Shown: positions 32,216 to 56,087 of the stretch, in pieces
Layout of the letters: the number at the start of each line of letters is the position of its first letter
Position numbering within the stretch: the stretch's first letter is position 1
Position numbers and translations under genes: made by a program
Notes under the pieces: generated by a model
The model's input: the letters and a program-made list of their open reading frames with translations, nothing else
Told to the model about the DNA's origin: nothing
The model's database searches: none
Source: the human T2T-CHM13v2.0 reference genome, Homo sapiens
Length of the DNA: 64,000 bases
Direction: 5' to 3' (one strand)
Assembly: GCF_009914755.1 (NCBI RefSeq)
Contig: NC_060941.1

Positions 32216-32857
32216 CCCACCGGTGTCTGAGGCCCTGCTGCCACTTCCTACTCCTGCCGTCCCTGAGTCATCTGGTTTAGGAAGTGGCCTGAAGAGCCTA
32301 CAGGTCCTGGGCTTTTAAGACCACATCACCACAGGACCATCTGTTCTCCAGCCCTCATCCCTACTCTTCAAAATAGCTGGAAACCAGAGGCAGATGCGCA
32401 GGGCTTCAGACGTTCCTCACTCGAAGTACAGTCTTGTTAAATGGGGCTTTAAAATATCCATTTGCTGATTAGATTCAGTTACTACAACATCTGTTCAGAG
32501 TTCATTTAAAGTGGCAGAGTACAGAAAGCCAAAAAGGCTGATGTGGAAGGGAGTAACTGAGAGCTGTGCCTGAAATTCCTGCTGAGAAGCGGAGATCCCT
32601 GACATACACTGATTCACAGTGGCAACCACCTAACCTCCAAGCTTGACCACATTTGATCACAAGAGAATCCCACGCCAACAAGAAATTCATTTGTCAGAAG
32701 GAATTACTGAGCCCTAATAACTATCCACAGACTTTCAACAATATCTGATGAGGCCAAAATCCAGTCCAGCCCAAGAATGTGGACCATGCTTTGAGGCCGG
32801 TGAGGATAGGACCTACCCTGTGCTTTCAAAACCAAGGCTTCTCAGAAAAAGAGATTA

Positions 32858-33103
<246 letters not shown>

Positions 33104-33264
33104 TCATGTTTTTCTCGTTATACACGTAACACATTCTTGTTGCAAAAAATTGGGGAAATAAACAGAAATATAAAAGAAAAAAATTATGTATAATTCCCAT
33201 CACCTAGGAGAAACAACATCAAGGAGCCAGCCTATGTGTACGTATATAAAAAACTAAATCAGGG

Positions 33265-33551
33265 GGCCAGGAGCCGTGGCTCACACCTGTAATCCCAGCA
33301 CTTCAGGAGGGCCAGGCAGCAGGATCGCTTGAGCTCAGGAATTTGAGACCAGCCTGGGCAACATGGCAAAACCCCGCCTCTACAAAAAATGCAAAAATTA
33401 GCCAGGCGTGGGGGTGCGCATCTGTGGTCCCAGCTACTGAGGAAGACTGAGGTGGGTGGATCGCTTAAGCCTGGGAGGTTGAGGCTGCAGTGACTCAAGA
33501 TTGTGCCACTGTAACTCTCCAGCCTGGGTGACAGAGGGAGACCCTGCCTCA
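33265..33551 (+). mobile_element. Alu (J-like)
   Basis: Alu motifs. Confidence 0.88.
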
Positions 33552-34237
33552 GTAACAAACCACAACTCCTCCATAAAACTAAATCAGAATCATACTGTAT
33601 GTATATTCAATTTTATAACCTGGTTTTCTCACTTAATATACACAATTTTTATATTCTATTTTCCCATCTTTGCAGTCTTTAAAAAACAAATCAAGGTTTT
33701 TAAGTGCACTCTAGCCTGGGCCTCATGGCGAGACCCCATCTCTAAAGAAGAATCGTGATTTAATGGCTGTGCAGTACTCTGTGATGTGTGTGGTTGTGTA
33801 AACTTTAAGATCTTTCCAATGGAATGGACCCATTTACACCTCTGCCAGCCATGCAGACTGCACCCTTATCAGCACTGAAAACTCATCAAATCCTGATTAT
33901 TCATTAGGCAAAAAATAGTAACTCATTATTGTTTTACTTTGAATTTCTCTGGATGTTACTGAGGATGTAGGAGATTTACCCAAATGTAAACATTGTATCC
34001 TGGCAACAATCTACCTTTTCCTCTTTGTTTGTTCTGGTTCTCTGGGATGCCAATTATCTAGAAGGACACCCATAGTCCTAAAGGCTCACTGACTGCCGGG
34101 AATGACATGAGGAACGTTTTGTCACATTTAATCTGAGTAAAGCCTTACCTACCCTGGATGTTATTTATCGTTCCCATTTTACAGATGAGAAAAAGTTCCA
34201 GAGGATTAACAGCTCACCAAACTCATCTCATGCAACG

Positions 34238-34412
34238 GACGGGGTTAGACAAAAGTTGGACGGGAAGCTGGAATTCATTTCCGGTTGCCAGGTAACGGGG
34301 TTAGAGAAAAGGTGGACTGGAAGCTGGAATTCCATTTCCGGTTGCCCAGGTAACGGGGTTAGACAAAAGGTGGAAGGGAAGCTGGAATTCCATTTCCGGT
34401 TGCCCAGGTAAA
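34238..34412. repeat. 56-58-bp tandem repeat x3
   Basis: ggggttaga at 34241, 34297 and 34355. Confidence 0.92.
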
Positions 34413-35312
34413 TGTCCCTGGGTGGTTTTGGTGACGAGCTCACACTGACTCCTGCTGACTGCCCTGCTCTGCTGCCGCCGCTGCTCTTGGCAACCAGGGA
34501 GCAGAGAAATGGCTGAAGACAGAAGGGTGTACTCTGGCCTGTTGAGATGGCTTAGGAGAATGGAACCACATGGTCACCAAGCAGACAACGGCAGCAGTGG
34601 GGTGACAGCTCCCAATGCCACCACTCAACTCCGGTGATAACGGCCAAACTTATATTCAGGGCAAGGCCTGTACTCTCTGCCACTGCCTGCTTCTTTGGGA
34701 AAGCCTTCTGTAATCCTATCAGGTAGGTGAGAAATGGGACCCTTCAGGCCCTGCGACACTTTGCATCCTCCAATTTCCTATTTACTTTGCTTTGGACAGA
34801 AGAATTAATGATTAAAGAGAAACTAAGTAACGACAGATACTATGAACTTAAGGGTTATGGCAATTGTAATTTTAACAATGGTAGAAACATGGGGAAGACG
34901 TCAGTGTTTTATGTGGAATAATTTAGGTGTGGTAAGGAATTACACTAAGGTCAGAGCAATTTCATGCAGCTAGTCAAAGGCCTGCACCACGCAGGTCATT
35001 CAACTGTAGCCAGCAAAGTGCAGGGCATTTTGGACCTTTCTGGATTTCTAGAGATAGAAATTCTTACTATCCTAGTGTCTGCTTTGTTGAAAAGGCCAAG
35101 GGCTCAGAGAAAAGGGTATGCAAACCTCCAGGAGGGGGAATGGCACTGATTGCTCAAGGCCCACGTGAAGAGCCTGGCGTTAGCGCACTTTCCAGAATTC
35201 CAGTGGAAATGACTGCTGCTTTTCCTCGGAGGAACCCAGAACAAGCCTCTAAAGCATTCTAGGTGGATTAAATTCTTAGATATAAAAAAGAAAAACTTTA
35301 AGAAGAAAATAC

Positions 35313-37367
<2,055 letters not shown>

Positions 37368-38329
37368 TTACTGTTTTTTACATTATTTTCTGTACATTAA
37401 TTAACTGGAATTTTTGTTTAAAGACTACCATTCAGGACTCAACTCTGTCTTCCATGTAGCAAATTTTGAGAGCCTTGTCAAAATCAAAGCCATGTCTTAG
37501 CATTCATTTGTTGGTAGGAAAAAAAAAATCAGTCATTATATTTTAAAGCATATGGAGATATTTCCTACTTTTCTACTTCCCAGAGATACATTATATGCAT
37601 AAATAATTGTACAGTCTTAAATGACAGGAAGGGTTTGAATGCACCAGGCATAATTCTCTAGTGTCCCTCATATACAGGGAGATATGACACTTTCATTCCC
37701 TGGCCAGTCACCATAAAATTCTGTCTTTACCAGACACTGAGAGGTGAAAACCCTGGTCTCAGGTTTTATACATAAAGCAAGGCAGTCAGAAAAGGCGGGA
37801 ATGAGCCTGACAGATTTGGCGGCTGTCTGTGCAAAGACAAGACAGAAAGGTCCCATTTATCATGAAAATCTGCTAGTTTTCAACTTTGAAATAGTTGATA
37901 ATTCATCTTCTTAGGCATGAGACATTGGGCAAGGGGTGGCTATTGCCACATTCATTTCTGCCTCAGCGATAATTTCTGGGGCAGTGTGGGCTGGCTAATG
38001 TTGTTGATGGGATGTGGGGGTGCAAGGGTGGCCAGTATGCCATGCCTGTGAAGGCTGATCACCCAGCAATGGAAATCTTTGAGAGGGGCCCTTTACTTCC
38101 CGAGGAGCCTCCTACAATTCTTGGGGACATGATGACTATCAACAGTGATGAAAATTTTGCGTAAATAAGATACAGGCCCACACTCCTAGAAGACAAAGAA
38201 CCATGTGAACAAAACCACATAGGTGAACCATATTGGTCCCACCATAGAAAATTCTTCAATGAGGTGGCACAGGGGAGACAGCTCAGGCTATCAGGAGGGA
38301 TGGAACAAGGTGGACACATGTTCTATTTC

Positions 38330-41990
<3,661 letters not shown>

Positions 41991-42797
41991 CATAGGTGAA
42001 CGCAGTCATAAGAATAATTAGTGACCCTGCAAAACAGGATGATCTGAAGATCATAAACTAGCAAGAAGCATGATCAATATTGGTGTGGGTCAGTTCCACG
42101 TGCCCTTGCAATTGCTCGAGGACTCTGGGGCCCAAAGATAAAGAACTCACTTTATATAGTACTCAGAGAACAAAGAGCAGAAAAATGTCTCCCATCCCAT
42201 TTTCAGCATAAGTATTAAAGCAAAACCTAATTTAGGATCTGGCACCCTTGTGGCAAGGCAGACACAGCTGAGGTTGGGCTAAATCTTAGCTTCCAATGCC
42301 ATAGCTTTTGTTCAAGTTTGGATGGCAGCTGCTCCACTACTGGAGGCAGCGTCTGTTTCAGTCTATGAACACTGCTGAGTTAACTTGATTCTGATGGTTC
42401 TGCTGCCTGAGTGAACACGCCTGCAGCTACATGGCTGCTTGAGTTTCAAGGCCCAGACATCAGGGCAAGTACAGGCCCAGCCAAACCTCAACTCATGTGA
42501 GAATCGTTCAGGGGCCACGTTGCCCTGTAGTTCCCACCCACACCCTCCCCATTCTGGGCCTGTCAAGATCCACACTCCCCTACTGCCCACCTGAACTGGC
42601 CTGGGGTCTGATTAAGTAAAACTCCAGTTCCAGCAGATGGTTTTCTCATCCACACCTCAAAACGGAAGTAAACATAGGATGTTGGCTGTGGGTTTGTTAA
42701 AAAATAATAACAATAATGGATGTAAGCACTGGATGAACTGATATTTTTCTGAAGATATTGGCTTTGGGTCTGAGCTTACTATAATCATTAAAAGACT

Positions 42798-43855
<1,058 letters not shown>

Positions 43856-44041
43856 CCACTTCTTCTTATTGGAGTGTGAGCACTAGGAGCAGGGACCTTT
43901 CCATGGTGCTTGCTGTGTTATACCCTGCACCCAGAACTTAGTAGGCGTTCAAACAAAATTTTTAAAAATAAATGGAAGAACGAATTAAGAAACCTTCCGG
44001 GTGAGTCATTATACTGTCCCCAAACAGGGGACATCATCAAT

Positions 44042-44047
44042 TTTATT
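44042..44047 (-). terminator. Intronic poly(A) signal AATAAA in VPS53 intron 19
   Basis: tttatt about 75 nt downstream of the in-frame intronic stop at 44121-44123. Confidence 0.55.
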
Positions 44048-44120
44048 CCTGCCAAGTAGATCTGGACTAGAAGAATATGTGCTTGATCTACAACAAAAGC
44101 TGCCAGGCAAATGCCTGATA

Positions 44121-44345
<225 letters not shown>

Positions 44346-44539
44346 TTATTTTTCTTCTGAGTGAAGTCCTGGTTTTGTTTAGTTACATGAGGCCCTGGCA
44401 GGCCCGGGAAAACCGGATCCCATCCTAGACTCCCAGTGAACTCTAACTATTCTCAGCTCGTCAGAGCACAGCATTCCTTTGGTGACTGTTGTTTGTCCTG
44501 AGAGGGAATATGATCGAAGCTAGCCCAATCAGACTGGAT

Positions 44540-46228
<1,689 letters not shown>

Positions 46229-46597
46229 CCTTTGGCTGTGCCCCTGAACTGGCTCTCTATACTAGTCTACAGGTGGCGATGGGGGGAGTATGAGGACCTG
46301 ACACACGTCCTGTGGGGAAAAAACCAAGCAATGTGCTGGGTAACTGCCAAGGGCTTCTCTGGGCCATCAGGGCGGTGGTGGCTGCTGCCCTTGACCAGGG
46401 AAGGGTCTCCTCACAAGCCCACCTCTGTTAAGCGGGATTTTAGCAGGATGAGAAGGCACCATGGATGAAAACAGAAAACCACTTCCTAGATCCCAGGCTG
46501 AATGATTACAGATGTGAGGGGGGGCATCCAATTCCCAGCGCACTCAACCTGGGCTTAGCAATGAAACTCAAGGGCTCTGAGAGAATGTGAGGCTGAT

Positions 46598-46882
46598 GCT
46601 GGGAGATGCTGGGACTGGCTAAGTCAACCGACTCCTCCTTCACTTTAACGTAAGCTCAATCATATGACTGAGCTGGGAGACGCCGGGACTGGCTAAGTCA
46701 ACGGACTCCTCCTTCGCTTTAATGTAAGCTCAATCATATGACTGAGCAGGGAGACGCCGGGACTGGCTAAGTCAACAGACTCCTCCTTCACTTTAATGTA
46801 AGCTCAATCATATGACTGAGCTGGGAGACGCTGGGACTGGCTAAGTCAACGGACTCCTCCTTCACTTTAACGTAAGCTCAAT
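46598..46882. repeat. 74-bp tandem repeat, about 3.8 copies
   Basis: gggactggct at 46611, 46685, 46759 and 46833. Confidence 0.95.
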
Positions 46883-48320
46883 GAGACCCCGGAGCAGCCA
46901 CCCTGGAGATTTTGAGTCACAGTAAATTTTTACAGAGACACTGCTTCTACCAGCAGTTATGGGGAGCGTCACGATGTGATTTATCAGCAACATTTCTAAC
47001 ACACTAATGAGCACCCAGAGAGTGAGGGAATTTCACCTCCTGGTCCATCTGCCATCTGCAAACATTAATGCCTCCCTGGAGAGTCCACTCTATCCTTTCT
47101 TGACAAACTAGAAAGTAAAGCTGACACCACAAGCCGCTCCATAATTGTTAGTCCTGAGGGGTTCATTTGTGAGGTACAGGGAAACTGGGAGAGATTGGGG
47201 GAAGACAGAAACTTGGAGTCCTGAATCACCAGCTGGGGCCTGGATGGGAACAACCCAAATACAGTAGCTTGGCCTGGGCTGACCCTCCTGAAGCCCTTCC
47301 CTGAGAAGTCTGCCAAAATGCTTGCTTGATAACTGGTCAGAGGAGACACTGACCCTCACCACCACCTGGTATCACGGAAAATGGTGCTAAGCCAGATGGT
47401 GATCGGCAAAGAACTAAACTATTTCCTCGCTTCAAAACTCAGGGCAGAAATGGCCACACACAAGACACAGCAGGAAGACACACGGCTCAGGGTGCACTCA
47501 CCTGCCTTGGCCAGGGAGCTCCCTGGCTTGTGCATCCCAATTTCTAGTGCCTTCCTCGGACCAAGAGTGTGTCCAAGTATGAATAGATAAATTCTAGCAG
47601 CCATGGTAAAAAATACCAGGGGGAGGGAGGACAAGAAGGCTCAAAAGAAACAGAACCGATGGCTCCTACCCTTAAGAGGCATTTATTAAGCCAGTCAGAG
47701 AAACAAAATGCATATATGAAATCCCTGAAAAAGAATTTTAATTATCCAATCCTGGGCAAGGAGAGCTTATGCCTGCACAGTTCAAAACAACAGTAGGCCC
47801 CATTCATTTTTGTTTGCCTTGACGTGGCTGGCAATTGTACTGCTGTTACTGTTGCCTATGACTTTAAGTAGCAGATTTAGTTTTATGATTATGCTTCTTT
47901 TGTGTACAAATTAAAATCAGTACTGCAGGCACCAGAACAAACCGCAGCTGGATGGTGGGGACACTCAAATTGTGAGGATGCTGGTGGGAAGTATGGTTTT
48001 AAAAACAACCCAGTTGAGTATGACACTGAAATGGCGGCCACACGTCACTGTACATTTGTCCAAACCGAGGGAATGTCCAGCGCGACGTCAGAGTCCGGGT
48101 GATAATGACGTGTTGATGCAGGTTCATCCACTGTAACGAATGTGCCACTTTGTGTGTGGGGAGGTGTCGGTAATGGGAAGACTGTGCATGTTGGGGGGGT
48201 CAGGTACACGGGAAATCTCTGTGCTTGCTGCTTAATTTGGCTGTGAACCTGAAACTGTTCTAAAACATAAAGTCTATTAAAAAGAACAAGAACCCAGAGA
48301 TGAGCACGCCCCAGGACTTA

Positions 48321-48557
<237 letters not shown>

Positions 48558-50841
48558 TCAGGTCACAGCTTTGGTATCCCAGGAATCAGGCCCTTTTGTC
48601 CTGGGGAGTTTCTTATTCGTTCTGTAGGGACTGATACTCAGGACAAATGCGAGTGTGCCCAGCGGACCCGACAGTGAGGTGTGACCCAGACCCTTTCCTT
48701 TTCCTGCCTTGTCCCCGACCTGCCTGAAACAGCCTTCCCTTCTCAGCTAAGCTACCCACTCGTAAAGGATCCTGTTCTCCTGCCGAGTGCCCCACAGCAG
48801 GGGACTGCAGCAGAACGGGGAGGGACACCGACTCCCAAGCTGACCGGCAGCCTGGGAGATGAGAGAGGTGGCTGGACTAAGTGACATGCAACCTGGAGGG
48901 GAATTCACAGACACCTTTCTCTCCAGTCAACTGGGAGGAGTTTGGGATTCTTTAACACAGAAAACTAGAAATGATATGACACGTGGGGATGTTGCTTCAA
49001 AATAATATGAAGTTACCGGGAAGAGGTGCAGATGAAATAAGATCGTGAAGCTGAGTGACAGGTACATAGAGGCTGACCACACTGTTTCCTCTACTTTTGA
49101 ATATATTCAAAAATTTCCATAATAAAACACTTGAAGAGGTATGCGTGTAGAATCTTACACTCCTAAAACCTTTGGGATTATGTCAGGATTTCAATAAGGG
49201 GAAGGGAAAGAGAATCTCTGGCAAACACTAGGGTGGACCAGAGGGTAAGATGGAGACGTGGGGAACAGGCCAGGAGCCAGGCGCAGGGGAGAGAACATTG
49301 CTGAGAGCACCGAGGTGGTCCCTGAACAAGCTGTGAACAAAAGTGACAGACCTGCTTCAACCTGAGCCCTAACGACAGGCTCTGGAAGACACCTATAGCA
49401 AACTGGCGGGATTCTTGGACTACGTGGCACTTGGCAACATTGAGTCCTGGGAACAGAAGGAGGCAATGCTGCAGTGTGCCATCCCCCAAGGGTGCATGCA
49501 GGAGATGGGTGCAGCACCAGCTCCTAGCCTGCCCCGGGCTGGCAGGGAAGGGCATTCTAATCCCGAAGAGTGGGAATGGTCTGGAGGGTTCTGCTGAGTC
49601 AGCCTTTCACAGTGGAGCTGGACGGTCTGGAGGGCTCTGCTGAGTCAGCCTCTCACAATGGAGCTGGATGGTCTGTTAAAGAGATCCTAAGCCAAACACA
49701 AACCATATAATATGTTCATAGAAGGAAGTCAGTAGTTCTGAGGCCCTGATGTCTCTGGCAAGAAAACACTATTTTTACAGAGCTCTTGGGGAAAGGAAAA
49801 AATCAATACTGAGAGAGCTTGTTTAAAAGAATCACATCGTACGTGGATGATTCTCCAGCTGTGGGAAGCTCAAATGACTCCTAATGTTTTTTCAAATCAG
49901 CGGATATTTGTATTCTAAAAGCTTTAGGGATGTGTACACACAGAACCACAGAAAAGCAGGAAGGGACCTCCATCTTCATTTCACAGATAAGAAAGCCAAG
50001 GCCCAGAAACATGAAGAGTCTTATGCAAGGTTTCATAACCAGGCTCCACACAGGAAAAAGAACTCTAATTTATTACTGGGAAAAAACAGAAACAAACAAT
50101 GAAGAAACAGTAGAAAGGTCTAATATGAAGTGACTTAACATTCTAATGCTTTGGTTATGTGAAATGTTTTCCTCATTATCTTTTATCTTACGCAAGAGGC
50201 TTCTTTTTCCATTTGATTTTGAAGATTTGACCCATCCAAACAATGAGCATCCTGGGTGATTTTAAATGAGCTCATAGGGTGAGGCCAAAATTGACAGGTG
50301 CTGTCAGCATTTCCTGGGCTCTGCAGCAGGACTCGGAGCAGAATGTTCTGGGTAGACACAGCGAACTGGGAGGGCTTGATGCCCCCAAAGCCAATCATGT
50401 CCATAGCAATGACTGTTACTTTCCAAGCTGGCAGCTTTGTATATTTCAAAATCTCAAAACGGTTTATCAACAATAATCTAAACATGACAGCCCTCCATGA
50501 AAGAAGGTGGCGACGTGCTCTGTCACCAGTTACAAAGCAGCTCTGAAGCAAGACCAAGCAGGGGCCTGGGATTTCTTCAACTTCCCACTGGTTATTCCGC
50601 ATGCTCGTCACCGAACTCCTCTTGATGATCACTGGCCAAGTCAGTATGTGCCCACATTTGGAATATATGTGAAAAGAGCTGATTTGCTTTAATACTCTGG
50701 TCAGTCATGACTCCATTGGTCAAGCTAAAAGAAGTATTAGCAAAGGCCAAGTGGATTCATGATTTTAAACTTAAGTCAGCTTAGTCAACTAAGAAAGTGA
50801 TTTAAAGTACTAGAAAACAATAAAAGGTGACCTTACCTTTA

Positions 50842-51042
<201 letters not shown>

Positions 51043-51211
51043 CTACATTAAGACCGAACTTCGCAGGTCCCTTTGCATGGCCCTAAACATACGTCGTCTC
51101 ATTTACTATTCATACATGATCTCACTAAGTTCTCACAACAACCTTATAGATGAGGAAATTCAAAAAGCTCAAAGAGATTTGGTATCTTGCACAAAATTTC
51201 ACAGCTGGGAC

Positions 51212-51324
51212 AACCACGTCTATCTAAAGCCCAAACCAGGTCTATCTAAAGCCCAAACCAAGTCTATCTAAAGCCCAAACCCGGTCTATCTAAAGCCCAA
51301 CCAGGTCTATCTAAAGCCCAAACC
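51212..51324. repeat. 22-bp minisatellite (aaaccaggtctatctaaagccc) x5 at the end of a MIR
   Basis: Direct periodicity. Confidence 0.93.
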
Positions 51325-51479
51325 CCACAACAAGGTGCTTGCTAGACAACTTCCCCCCCGACCCGCCCCCGCCACCCTGCCCAAAAAAAGAATAAAAGCA
51401 CTTAACTAGGCCTTCGTTAAAGGTAAGGCCTGTTTCTCAAGGAGACGCTAATGAAACATAGTGATCAAGCAAAGGACTC

Positions 51480-51871
<392 letters not shown>

Positions 51872-52596
51872 TAGAAATGAGACCTCAACTTTTCCAGGTA
51901 AACTTTTCATTTGACATTTAGAAGTTACCCCTCTACACTTAAAATTGTTTCTTGTTGTGCTTTTTGTTTTGGGGGCTTGGGTAGAGTTGAATACAGATGG
52001 CGTTCAACTGGTACTACTATCTAAATGAGACACAGTTTGAAGACAGTAAGAATGATGAGTGCCTCCGGGACCTAGTTTAACCACCACAAGAAGAGACTGC
52101 AGGGCCCAGAGTGTCCCCAGAGCCCAGCTTCTGCGGCCTGGGCAGGAAGTATGTGCTCTGACTGACGCTCCACAGTGGGGCTGGGGGGTCAGCACTCTTT
52201 CTAGAGAGAGTCTACTGTAGCAGGAACTTTGACCAGAGAACAGCGCTCCACAACTAGCTTCAGTGGATCTTGTTTTTTCCTATTGCTATAGGAAGCTTGG
52301 AAAGAGGTTTCTTGAAAATGTGAATACTTAAATTCCTACTTCTTCACTGGATTAGAGAGACACAGAGCATAGACTCAGACAGCTGGGCTCTGGGAACATT
52401 TCAGGCAACTGAAGTCTCATAACTGAGGCTGCCGGGGTGTTGGCCTCAAGCTGTAGACTTTACTCAGGCACACACGTACACGCTCACTCTCACTCTGATG
52501 CCTGGTGGGGCTTTCACTCCCGCAGCATCTGCTATATTTATAGGTACCTTCGGCAAGTGCAGCAGGGCACTGAGCATCAGGTGGAGACCAAAGAGA

Positions 52597-53450
52597 TGAA
52601 GGAATGTTTATCAACCGCCTGCCACACACTGAAGGAATGTTTGTCAAGCATCTACCATGCACCAGGGGCTGAAGGAATGTTTATCAAGCACCTACTACGC
52701 ACTGAAGGAATGTTTATCAAGCACCTACCATGCACCAGGCACTGAAGGAACGTTTATCAAGCACCTACCATGCACCAGGGGCTGAAAGAATGTTTATCAA
52801 GCACCTACTACGCACTGAAGGAATGTTTATCAAGCACCTACCACGCACTGAAGGAATGTTTATCAAGCACCTACCACGCACCAGGTGCTGAAGGAACGTT
52901 TATCAAGCACCGACTACGCACTGAAGGAATGTTTATCAAGGACCTACCACGCACCGGGCGCTGAAGGAATGTTTATCAAGCACCTACCACGCACCAGGGG
53001 CTGAAGGAATGTTTATCAAGCACCGACTACGCACTGAAGGAATGTTTATCAAGGACCTACCACGCACCGGGCGCTGAAGGAACGTTTATCAAGCACCTAC
53101 CACGCACTGAAGGAACGTTTATCAAGGACCTACCACGCACCAGGGGCTGAAGGAATGTTTATCAAGCACGTACTACGCACTGAAGGAATGTTTATCAAGC
53201 ACCTACCACGCACTGAAGGAACGTTTATCAAGCACCTACTACGCACCAGGCGCTGAAGGAATGTTTATCAAGCACCTACCATGCACCAGGGGCTGAAGGA
53301 ACGTTTATCAAGCACCTACCACGCACCAGGGGCTGAAGGAATGTTTATCAAGCACCTACCACGCACTGAAGGAACGTTTCTCAAGCACCTACTACGCACT
53401 GGGCGCTGAAGGAACGTTTATCAAGCACCTACCACGTAACAGGTGCTGTG
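52597..53450. repeat. Minisatellite with interspersed 40-bp and 33-bp units (ctgaaggaatgtttatcaagcacctaccacgca[ccagggg]), about 23 units
   Basis: Direct periodicity with an optional 7-bp block. Confidence 0.97.
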
Positions 53451-53989
53451 CCTGACATTTTCACATGACCTTGCTGCCTGATGAATGAATCATGTAGTGA
53501 AAGAGGTATTATTACTCCTCTTTGTGAGTAATAATAAATGAGGATGAAACAGGATTGAGGACAGCGAGTGACCTGCCTAAGGAAGCGTAACTGCTAAGTT
53601 AGCAGGAAAGGTCATTAAGATGGTACTTAAGATGCTGAAATTGAGTCAGCCAGTCTGACTTCTGACACTGTGCAACCTTCTAAAGGGGTGACCGGGACAA
53701 GTCATCTAATTTCTCTGAGCCTCAGTATTCTCGTCTATAAAATTGGGATGATGGTAACATCTATAATCTATTACTGAAAGATAACGCATGGAATGCTCTT
53801 AACACAGTGTCTCGCAGCACGTATAAATTCCACAGTAAATTTTAGCTACTGTTATAATTTTAAGAATACTTGCACTATCACTAAAAATCACTAAATTTCG
53901 ATAACTGATAATTATCAATTAATTCAGATATGTATCAATTAATTGAAATTATGGTGATTTAAGTTTTATTCTTTTTTTCAAAAAAATCT

Positions 53990-54288
<299 letters not shown>

Positions 54289-54362
54289 CTGCATTTTTCT
54301 AAAATGGAAGTGATTTAGTTTTGTCATAATGGGAAAAATCTTTTTTATGAAAAAGAAAGCTG

Positions 54363-54582
54363 TGTCTTGATTCTAGGTAGAACTTGACAGTTTCTTAGTC
54401 ATGGCTTTCTGTGGGCCTTCTGAAACAGATGTGCATTTTAATGACTGAGGAAAATGAAAATGAGAACAGACTTGTCTTGATTCAACGTAGAAGTGAACTT
54501 GAGGATTTCTTAGCTGTGGCTTTCCATGGTCCTTCTGAAACAGATCTGCATTTTAATGACTGAGGAAAATGAGAACAGACTT
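54363..54582. repeat. About 110-bp diverged tandem duplication
   Basis: tgtcttgattc...ccttctgaaacagat...gcattttaatgactgaggaaaatga occurs twice. Confidence 0.88.
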
Positions 54583-55069
54583 GAGAACTCTTCTACCTGT
54601 TTCAAAGTGTCTTTGGGGGATTATAACGCAGCCTCCTAAATGGGTACATGTTCACAATCCTGAAACCTAATATAAATTATGTGCCAGACGGTAAGAAAAT
54701 TTAATTTATTCAGTTTCTGTTTTTTCCTAAAACTACCATTAATAGGCAAAACACTAGGTGTGTTTGCTTCTGAACAGAGACTTGGATTTATTTACCTGAG
54801 TGATGTGAGCAGCCCTAGGAAAAGGCACGGAGAGAGGCGGGGACCATGAGACCAACAGCCCCTGCTAGGGAGCCCACGGCTCTCTATCCTACGTACAGGG
54901 GCATAACCAGACATACTCATTTCTAAGGATTTGTAGGATTTAAATCTAAAAGATAGAATCCTTTGTATTTCCACCAAAACACTCCAAATAACTACTTTTT
55001 CCAGAATCAGGAGAACTAGTTTTACTTCTAGCTTCACTATTATAAGTTATATGGCTTTGGGCATAATAT

Positions 55070-55355
55070 GAAGAAGAGAAGGAAGGAAGGAAGGAAGGAA
55101 GGAAGGAAGGGAGGGAGGGAGGGAGGGAGGGAGGGAGGGAAGGAGGGAAGGAGGGAGGGAAGGAGGGGAGTTTGGAGGGAGGGAAGGGAGTCTGGAGGGA
55201 GGGGAGGGGACAGGGGAAGGGAGGGAGAGAGGAAAGAAGGAAGGAAGGGAGAGTGGGAGGAAGGGAGGAACGGAGAGAGGGAGGAAGGGAGGGAGGGAGG
55301 GAGTGAGGAAGGCAGGGAGGGAGGGAGGGAGGAAGGGAGGAAGGAAGGAAAGAAG
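55070..55355. repeat. Polypurine (GGAA)n/(GGGA)n tract
   Basis: About 285 bp that is almost entirely purine, with (GGAA)7 at 55081-55108. Confidence 0.95.
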
Positions 55356-56087
55356 ATACCAGAAGGAAAGTTCATTAGTTTTCAGGGAAAAATATTCAAC
55401 GCAGATTGGAATATGTGGGTTGGCTGTTCAACACATCTTCTCCACTGTAGAAAAGTCCTGGTGTCAGATCAAGAAAAGCTGGAGATGAATATACACCATG
55501 ATGATGGTGAATGCTTGAAGAACTCATAATCATATCAGCATGAACACTCGTGTGGACCCACCAGGACTGGGCACATGCTGACAGAAATGTATCAACTAAT
55601 TGAAATTATGGTGATTTAAATTTTATTCCTTTTTTCAAAAACATCTGGTCGGGCACGATGGCAACATGCTTGCAATCCCAGCAGTTTAGGAGGCCGAGGC
55701 TCTTCCACTTTTAGGCAGGTTACTTAAGCTGATTTTGCCTCAGTTGCCACATTTGCCAAAAAGACTTACTCACTCTCTCTGTATGGCATGCCACAATCCT
55801 GCATAAAGAGGCACTGTGGTGGCGTGATCACAGCTCACTGCAACCTCTGCCTCTCAGGCTCAAGTGACCTTCCCACCTTAGCCTCCCAAGTAGCTAAAAG
55901 ATCTGGAGCAGGTGATTTAATGTCTCTGTTTCAGCTTCTTTATCTGTGAAAAGGGGAAATAGCATAGCCATCTGATGAATTTATTGTTAGAATGAAATTA
56001 ATTGGGTTCCAATTCCTGGTAAGTGCTCAGTAAATAGTAACTTATTATCAACTCATACAGGTTATCTAAGAAAATAAGCAATATGGA

